Origin: Armatimonadota bacterium
GTDB lineage: Bacteria > Armatimonadota > Armatimonadia > Armatimonadales > Armatimonadaceae
DNA length: 32,858 bases
Direction of reading: 5' to 3'
Assembly: GCA_043754515.1 (NCBI GenBank)
Contig: JAYUUO010000183.1
Span: forward strand, 1 to 32,858
The first letter of the stretch is position 1, and the number at the start of each line of letters is the position of its first letter. The position numbers and the translations under genes are program-made. Under the pieces are notes generated by a model. The model saw nothing but the letters and a program-made list of their open reading frames with translations, was not told where the DNA came from and did not search any database. Of this stretch, positions 26,803-32,858 are shown one piece after another.

Positions 26803-27732
26803 ATGCAGTCGCTCGTGGTCGGGATTGACGCGGGGGGAACCCACGTCCGTTTGGCATTCGCGGACGCGCGGACGGGGGAGCCGGTCGGCGAGACCCTGCT
26901 GATCGTCGCGGCGCCGTCCGGCGAGCCGCCGACGCAACTCGTGCCGGATTCCCCGGAGTCTCATCGCAGAGTCGTCGCCGTGTGCGCGGGGGTCGCGAAA
27001 TACACACGTCCCGGTGTTGTGGATGAGTGGGACAGGTTTCTGCGGGCGCGGTTCCCGGACGCGCTCCCGCGGATCGTGCCGGACTACGAGATAGCGTTCC
27101 ACGCCGGGATGGGGCAAAGCGGCGTGGTCGTGGTCGCGGGCACCGGCAGCGTCGCGTACGGCGAGAACGCCGCCACCGGCGAAAAAATGCGCGTCGGCGG
27201 GCGCGGCTGGGAGTGGGGCGACGAGGGGAGCGGCGCGTGGCTCTCCACCGAGATGGTGCGCCGAACGCTCCGCGCCCTGGACGGACAGGCGCATGTTTCC
27301 GCGCTGACAAGGGCGGTATGCGCCGAACTCGGCACCAACGACCCGGCGCAACTAGCGGCAGAGGCGCGGGCGCGGGCGGGCGCGGATGGCGGCGCGGGGC
27401 GTGGTTTCCTGCTACCGCTTCTTTCCCGGTCGCTGGGCGGCGGCGATACCGAGGCGCGGGATCTCTTCACGGGGGCGGGCGGGTGGCTCGCCTCGCTCGC
27501 CGTCGCGACCGCGACCCGGCTCCGGTTCGGGGCGGATGGCGTGGGCGATCCGGTAACATTCGGCGCGGCGGGCGGCGTATGGAGGGCAGGGGGCGACGTC
27601 ACCGCGACGGCCTTCCGCACGGCGGTAACGCGCCGTTTCCCCGCCGTGATTTTTCGGTTCGACACCCCCGCGCCTGTGTTCGGGGCCGTCCGTATCGCGC
27701 TCCGAATGGCGGGCGAGATACGAAGTGAATAG
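26803..27732 (+). CDS. BadF/BadG/BcrA/BcrD-type ATPase; N-acetylglucosamine/N-acetylmuramate kinase-like
   Basis: GIDAGGT, VVAGTGSVAYG, RVGGRGWEWGDEGSG and AGGVW. Extended -10 TGGTACAAT at 26783-26791. Confidence 0.88.
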   Translation: MQSLVVGIDAGGTHVRLAFADARTGEPVGETLLIVAAPSGEPPTQLVPDSPESHRRVVAVCAGVAKYTRPGVVDEWDRFLRARFPDALPRIVPDYEIAFHAGMGQSGVVVVAGTGSVAYGENAATGEKMRVGGRGWEWGDEGSGAWLSTEMVRRTLRALDGQAHVSALTRAVCAELGTNDPAQLAAEARARAGADGGAGRGFLLPLLSRSLGGGDTEARDLFTGAGGWLASLAVATATRLRFGADGVGDPVTFGAAGGVWRAGGDVTATAFRTAVTRRFPAVIFRFDTPAPVFGAVRIALRMAGEIRSE

Positions 27733-27780
27733 GCACGCACTGCGTCCCACCGGGGACAACTCACGGAAGAATGGTGATCT

Positions 27781-28620
27781 ATGGCTAGCAATTACAACAA
27801 GACCGCGCCAAAAACGGTGCCCGCCGGGGAAGGCGACCCCGCCGATCTGAAACTCGTGGTCGGGGTCGGCGCGTTCATCGTGCTCTGCTTCCTGGTCGGC
27901 TACTTCGTACTCGGTAAAAACTTCGGCGGGAACAGCGCGCCCACAGAACCGGCCGCCACCACGCCCACTGTGGTCGCCAACAAAACGCCCCCTACGCCGA
28001 CCGGACACCTGACAGTTATCGACAAGACTGCCCTGATGGAGGCGAAGCGCAAAAAGGCAGAAGAAGAGGCGAAAAAGAAAGCCGACGCCGAGGCGAAGAA
28101 AACCGCCGAGGAGGAGGCGAAGAAGCTAGCCGCGCTGGAGGCGCAGGCGAAGCTCGGATCGCCATCGCCCAGCCCGTCCGCGACGCCCGACCCGGATGAC
28201 CCTGGACTCGCCAAGTCCGACCCGGCGATCATCACGCCGCCCGCGACCGACGGCGACAACCCGCCCGCGCCCAAGCCGACCCCCACCCCCACCCCCGCGC
28301 CGACTCCGACGCCGCCCCCCGCCCCGGTGGTGCCCGATAAGCCGGAAGAAAAACCGGTGCCGGTGCCCCCCGCGGCGAGCGTTTTCACGGGGCCGCTCTA
28401 TCGGGTGCGCGTCGGGACCTTCGACAAGAAAGAGAACGCCGTCACGCGCGCCGCCCAACTCAACGCGGCGGGTTACGAGACCAGTCTTTCCGCCGATGTC
28501 GCTGACACCAAAGTGGTATACCGATTGCAGGTAGCCGCTTACAAGAGCAGGAAGTCCGCGGAAGAGTTCGCGAAAGAGGTACGGGCGAAGGGATTTGACA
28601 CCACAATCTCGCACAACTGA
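27781..28620 (+). CDS. SPOR-domain peptidoglycan-binding membrane protein
   Basis: Single TM helix, Lys/Ala/Glu-rich coil and Pro/Thr linker, then C-terminal YRVRVGTFDKKENA...YRLQVAAYKSRKSAEEFAKEVRAKGF. Confidence 0.9.
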   Translation: MASNYNKTAPKTVPAGEGDPADLKLVVGVGAFIVLCFLVGYFVLGKNFGGNSAPTEPAATTPTVVANKTPPTPTGHLTVIDKTALMEAKRKKAEEEAKKKADAEAKKTAEEEAKKLAALEAQAKLGSPSPSPSATPDPDDPGLAKSDPAIITPPATDGDNPPAPKPTPTPTPAPTPTPPPAPVVPDKPEEKPVPVPPAASVFTGPLYRVRVGTFDKKENAVTRAAQLNAAGYETSLSADVADTKVVYRLQVAAYKSRKSAEEFAKEVRAKGFDTTISHN

Positions 28621-28648
28621 CGCCCGAATCGCATCGCGAGTAGAGGAA

Positions 28649-30580
28649 TCACCCGCCGAACGTCATCACGGTGACCGAGTTCGGCGCGGCTACCCAGGTT
28701 CCATTGCCGGGTTTTACCAGGGGGGAGTCACGCGCGACAGTCGGTTTGTCGCCGTTCTTCCCGAAGGCTATCTCGACCCGCTGGTAGGGTTTCGTGCCCG
28801 TCGGTGCCCCCGAAAACGTGGCGTGGATGGTGCGCGACCGGTCGGAGCGGTTCACCAGAAGCAAGGAACGGCGTTTCGTTCGCGGGTTCATCACCGCGTA
28901 GGCGACGACACCATTGTCCCCGGAGATTGCCGCCACCCGGTCGCCAATAAGATACGTACTGAACAAGTGTAGCACTTCCGCGCCGGGCCGCCGCACGTCC
29001 CGGGCGTCAGTTTTGCCGTAGATGCCATCCTTCTCGTTCCATGCTTGCGCGGACGCGGCTCCGGCGCGGGTGACCGCGACGAACGTCAGCGCGTCGAAGA
29101 CCCCACCCTTCGCGTTCGTCATGCGCGGGTCCCGTGTTTCGTATGTCCACGAGATATTGTATTCATCCAGAAATACCGGGATCGCGCGGTTCGGCGAAAT
29201 TCGCTTCATCAGTTTGACCGCGCCCGCCGCGAAATCGCCCATCGCCCGCGCCCGGTCGTATATCTCGGCGTCGGGCGAACTCGCCGAGCCGGAGGCATAG
29301 GCGTGGATCGAGAAGAAGTCGAGGTTGGGTAGCGTGCGTCGGGCGAACCGCTCGTGCATTGCGATCAGATCAGGCCGCGCCGCAGCCGGGCCGCCCGTTT
29401 TGATGCGCGGGTCAACCGCCTTCATCGCCCTCGCGCACCGGTTGTAGACGTCAGCGACCTCGTCCCAGCGGTCCGGCTTGCTCACGTCCTTTAGCCCGCC
29501 CCCGCCGCCGTTCTCGTGAAAGTCGGTGAAGTAGTGGCCGTCCCACTCGTTCGTGATCTCGAAATACCGCGCGCCGATCTTGTTCTCGATGTTCACGATC
29601 CGCACGAAGTCGGCGCAGAGCGCGGCATAGGCGTCCTTCTTGTCGTCGTCAAGGAAGCCGTCGCTGTTCCGGTCCATGCCAGCCGGGAAAGACGGGATGT
29701 TCATGAGTAGATCGGGGTGATTCTTGAAGCGAAGCGCGGCGAGTACCCGACCGATCTTGGAACGATCCCAGCCGGTACCGGCCTCGTTCAGGCACCCTGC
29801 CCACGCTTTGGCGGAGGGTTGCATCTGACCCGCGTTGTGAAACCGGACGATGCCCGGTGCCATGTATTCGACGTTCGCTTTGTAAATGGTGTCCGAAGCG
29901 TTCGCGTCCGAAAAGCCGCCGTAGAGATTCAGCCCGTAGTTCGCGGGGGTCACCTTGCCCTCTATTTTCGCCCAGTTGACCGTGACTGCGACCGGGGCGG
30001 CGGGTGCCGCGTGCCCGGTGTCTGGCGTCCCGGCCTTCCCGCCGAAGTCGGGGAGGAACGCGGCGCCGTCAGGGGCGTCCGGTCTCCAGGCGTCATCAGC
30101 CGCGAAGACGAGGCAGTCCATCCCATCCGCCGCGCCCGCCGCGCCGCTCCCGCGAATGATCACTACTTCATTCCCGAGTTCCACGCGCGCGTGCCTTCCG
30201 AAGCGCACCCACTTCCAGTCGGCGGGCTTATCCCATGACCACTCGTACTCCTTCTGAACGCCGCCGGGCGTTCCCTTGAGTTGCGCCTGTGTACCCCGGA
30301 GTCGCGCCCAGACCGTGAAAGCGTCGCCGGACGGGGGTACTCGGGCGAAGATGAGCGGTAGGTACTCCCCCGCGACCCGGACGTACTTCCCGCCGCTCGC
30401 CGTCGCGTCTTCCTTGACTTCCCCCCTCGGATCGGCTTCGGCTTCCACGCGCGTGGCCTGGTTTGGAGTGGCCTGTCCGACCACGCCAACCGGCGGCGCG
30501 ACGCGACAGGCGCAGAGACACACGACCGACATTGTCAGTGGCAGGGCGAAGTGGATGATCAACATGGTGGCAGCTTTCAT
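28649..30580 (-). CDS. Exported clan GH-A glycoside hydrolase (GH39-like) with N-terminal CBM-like module
   Basis: YFEITNEWD (acid/base NE), FFSIHAY and VFLDEYN (nucleophile). N-terminal VEAE...ASGGKYV...TVWAR beta-sandwich; signal or lipobox-like VCLCAC. Confidence 0.8.
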   Translation of the reverse strand: MKAATMLIIHFALPLTMSVVCLCACRVAPPVGVVGQATPNQATRVEAEADPRGEVKEDATASGGKYVRVAGEYLPLIFARVPPSGDAFTVWARLRGTQAQLKGTPGGVQKEYEWSWDKPADWKWVRFGRHARVELGNEVVIIRGSGAAGAADGMDCLVFAADDAWRPDAPDGAAFLPDFGGKAGTPDTGHAAPAAPVAVTVNWAKIEGKVTPANYGLNLYGGFSDANASDTIYKANVEYMAPGIVRFHNAGQMQPSAKAWAGCLNEAGTGWDRSKIGRVLAALRFKNHPDLLMNIPSFPAGMDRNSDGFLDDDKKDAYAALCADFVRIVNIENKIGARYFEITNEWDGHYFTDFHENGGGGGLKDVSKPDRWDEVADVYNRCARAMKAVDPRIKTGGPAAARPDLIAMHERFARRTLPNLDFFSIHAYASGSASSPDAEIYDRARAMGDFAAGAVKLMKRISPNRAIPVFLDEYNISWTYETRDPRMTNAKGGVFDALTFVAVTRAGAASAQAWNEKDGIYGKTDARDVRRPGAEVLHLFSTYLIGDRVAAISGDNGVVAYAVMNPRTKRRSLLLVNRSDRSRTIHATFSGAPTGTKPYQRVEIAFGKNGDKPTVARDSPLVKPGNGTWVAAPNSVTVMTFGG

Positions 30581-30685
30581 GGTACAAGGCCCGCTCGTTC
30601 CGGGCGAGCGGCGGTCACGGTCGCCGCGCGTATAGCGACGAGTCTAGCGGATTCGCCGGCACTTAACGGCGACGTGGAGCGCGGC

Positions 30686-30724
30686 ATGTCGGCTCTCCCA
30701 TCTGCTGTATAGGGGAGCCGACAT
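30686..30724. terminator. Stem-loop between the prepilin-like gene and the glycoside hydrolase
   Basis: ATGTCGGCTC(TCCC)...(GGG)GAGCCGACAT with a 10-bp perfect outer stem; no clear U-tract. Confidence 0.5.
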
Positions 30725-30764
30725 ACGGGCTGATCGGTCGCGCCGGTGACTTCTCGGCCAGGAC

Positions 30765-31553
30765 TTACGGAACGAACCTATGCTTCTCCGAGGATTGCAA
30801 CATGACATCGCAGTTGCCGGTGCAGGCGCGGTTATCCAGATACCAGTACGAGTTCAAGCCGTTGTTATACTTGGTCGCGCTGGGCCGGTACGATTTGACG
30901 TGGCCATCCGCGAATATGTAGTTGCTCATCCCGTTGTGCCCGCTGTACAGGCTGTTCCGGTGTCCGTCGTAATCCGGGTTCAGGTCGGCGTTGTAGGCAG
31001 CGGTGTCATAGCCCCAGCCCTCAAATGCCTTGCTCGCCCATACTTCTGCGATGGCGAACGTCTGCGCGGGGGAGGTAACGTCGGCGAGGGCTACCGGGCT
31101 GTTCCCGGTTCCATAAACGTCGCGGATCACTGTCTGCGAATCGCAGTTGTACGAAACGTGGAAGGTGCCGGTGTAGTAGTTATCCGCCGTGGATTGATCG
31201 TTGGTTGGATTTGAGGGGCAAGTATAGATCTGTTGCGACTTGCTGTAGGGCAAAATAGACTCCCGCCAGGTTTTGCCGCTCCAGGAGACAGGCTTGTCAA
31301 ACCAGGCGGGAGGATACAGTTCGTCCGCGTCCTGCGAGTACATCATCATCGCTATGCCAATCTGCTTCAGATTTGAGAGGCATGATGTTTGCCGAGCTTT
31401 CTCACGTGCGGAGGCGAACACGGGAAATAGAATCGCGGCGAGAATGGCGATAATTGCGATGACGACGAGTAGTTCGATCAGAGTAAACGCTGATGCCGTT
31501 CGCACGCCATTAAAACCGTGTGGTTTGAAGTAGTCAGGTCGTTTGTGGTTCAT
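30765..31553 (-). CDS. Prepilin-type N-terminal cleavage/methylation protein with H-X9-DG motif (DUF1559-like)
   Basis: [45 protein letters not shown] and [15 protein letters not shown]. Confidence 0.93.
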   Translation of the reverse strand: MNHKRPDYFKPHGFNGVRTASAFTLIELLVVIAIIAILAAILFPVFASAREKARQTSCLSNLKQIGIAMMMYSQDADELYPPAWFDKPVSWSGKTWRESILPYSKSQQIYTCPSNPTNDQSTADNYYTGTFHVSYNCDSQTVIRDVYGTGNSPVALADVTSPAQTFAIAEVWASKAFEGWGYDTAAYNADLNPDYDGHRNSLYSGHNGMSNYIFADGHVKSYRPSATKYNNGLNSYWYLDNRACTGNCDVMLQSSEKHRFVP

Positions 31554-31577
31554 GATTTTAAGTCTTTCTACGTTGGT

Positions 31578-31784
31578 TTACTTCGGCACATTTCCCCGTG
31601 CCTTGAGTGCTGCTTCCTTGAGCGTCGTCCGCGCGGCAGCCTCGCGGGCGAGTGGATTATCGGCACCGGCTGGCCTCACCCCGACCGGGAGAGGCGGCGT
31701 AAGTGGTGCGCCACTTTGGGAGCGGCATCCAGTCGCCAGCAGTGTCAGTGCGACGACCCAATAAACGATAGAGCGGTTTCTCAT
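31578..31784 (-). CDS. Small lipoprotein, 68 aa
   Basis: MRNRSIVYWVVALTLLATG|C lipobox and AGGAG upstream. Lies 24 bp from the prepilin-like gene. Confidence 0.65.
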   Translation of the reverse strand: MRNRSIVYWVVALTLLATGCRSQSGAPLTPPLPVGVRPAGADNPLAREAAARTTLKEAALKARGNVPK

Positions 31785-31866
31785 GTGGATGTATGTTCTC
31801 CTATAGGACGATGCAATAGCGGTTGTGCATGGGTAAAATCGTCGCCCCGCCTTCTTGATGCACCTG

Positions 31867-32858
31867 TTAAGTGGTCTCCCCCACGATCAACGTCGGTTGT
31901 AGCACGACGCGATCCGCCTCCTTCGCCTCGGCGTTGATCCGCTCGACCAGGAGACGCATGGCCTCCCGCGCCAGCCCGGCGGTATCCGTGCGGATCGTGG
32001 ACAACACTTGCGGTAGCTCACGCCCCTCCTCGATCCCGTCGAAGCCGAGTACCGCTACGTCGTCTGGCACGCGCAATCCGGCCCGAACCAGGCCGTTATA
32101 TACCCCGATGGCGAGCACGTCGTTATGACAGAAAATCGCGTCCGGGCGGGCGACTCGTGGGAGCGCGGCGACTTCCAGCGCGGCACGCAAACCGGCACGC
32201 CGCGTCTCCTCCCCGCCGGTGAGGATCAGACCGAATCCCACCCCGGCTTCCTCGCAAGCGGCCGCACAGCCGACGAACCGCCCCTCACTCCTCTCCCCAC
32301 CATAGGCATAGGGAGCCAGATAGCGAAGGTTGCGGTAGCCGCGCGACAGTAGATGCTCCGCAGCGATCCGCCCGCCCATCTCATAGTCGAACGATACCCA
32401 GTCGCTATCGTCGCCGCGATAAGATCCGATGTAAACGAGCGGCAACGTCTCCGCCTGCGTCCCCAGAAAGTCGGCGGCCTTCTGCACATTCCACGACCAG
32501 ACCAGCGCGCCGTCAACGGGCCACGCGGAGCGCACCGGCGCATGTTCCTTATAGGTCCCTTGCACGCTCGGCCCGGTATCGAGAAGCACCGAGAATCCGG
32601 CGGAGATCGCGGCGACCTCGGCGTTCTCCAACAACTCGACAAAGAACGGGTTGCGTAACCCGGAGATCAGCAGCCCGATGGTATCGGTTTTCCTTCTGCC
32701 CAGCGAACGGGCGTACCAATTCGGGCGGTAGCCCAGTTCGGCGGCGGCGGAGCGCACCCGATCCTGTGTGGCGGCGGCAATGCGCGCGGCGATGTTGTTG
32801 TTCAGAACGTGCGACACAGTTCCCGGTGAAACACCGGCTCTCATCGCCACCTCGCGTA
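31867..32858 (-). CDS. LacI-family transcriptional regulator (5' end just outside the window)
   Basis: (I)REVAMRAGVSPGTVSHVLN HTH, LGYRPNWYARSL, PDAIFCHNDVLAIG and VPDDVAVLGFDG. The frame is open to the window edge. Confidence 0.95.
   Translation of the reverse strand, partial: REVAMRAGVSPGTVSHVLNNNIAARIAAATQDRVRSAAAELGYRPNWYARSLGRRKTDTIGLLISGLRNPFFVELLENAEVAAISAGFSVLLDTGPSVQGTYKEHAPVRSAWPVDGALVWSWNVQKAADFLGTQAETLPLVYIGSYRGDDSDWVSFDYEMGGRIAAEHLLSRGYRNLRYLAPYAYGGERSEGRFVGCAAACEEAGVGFGLILTGGEETRRAGLRAALEVAALPRVARPDAIFCHNDVLAIGVYNGLVRAGLRVPDDVAVLGFDGIEEGRELPQVLSTIRTDTAGLAREAMRLLVERINAEAKEADRVVLQPTLIVGETT

Noticed and set aside
28040..28330. Repeat array in the SPOR gene
   Set aside because: Low-complexity coding sequence (KKAEEEAKK coil and PTPTP linker), typical of SPOR proteins.

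Overview
GC-rich bacterial chromosomal window, probably Armatimonadota. This is inferred from the '[30 protein letters not shown]...H-X9-DG' prepilin-like gene beside a LacI regulator and a glycoside hydrolase. From left to right: (1) a minus-strand coupled operon of a polytopic membrane protein, a thioester-bearing alpha-2-macroglobulin and a VanW-domain protein (partial, missing from the ORF track); (2) a plus-strand envelope-modification cluster with a 'YLDPGTGS' small membrane peptide, a NoeA-like kinase/methyltransferase fusion, a membrane sulfatase-fold transferase and two GT-B glycosyltransferases; (3) a 115-bp element with perfect 20-bp inverted repeats; (4) an ADP-ribosylglycohydrolase preceded by a small-protein/aspartic-protease pair, each interrupted by an in-frame TAG; (5) a membrane-anchored S8 protease, a 67-aa protein and purH; (6) a 2.09-kb two-gene islet bracketed by exact 23-bp direct repeats that contain the purH -35 box; (7) a divergent Gre-like factor, another TAG-interrupted gene, an orphan YeaH/YhbH gene, a GuaB3-type IMPDH, a BadF-type sugar kinase and a SPOR protein; (8) a LacI / lipoprotein / prepilin-like / GH39-like carbohydrate locus. 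No rRNA, tRNA, CRISPR array, integrase or transposase was recognised. All family assignments come from motif recognition by eye; no database search was run.
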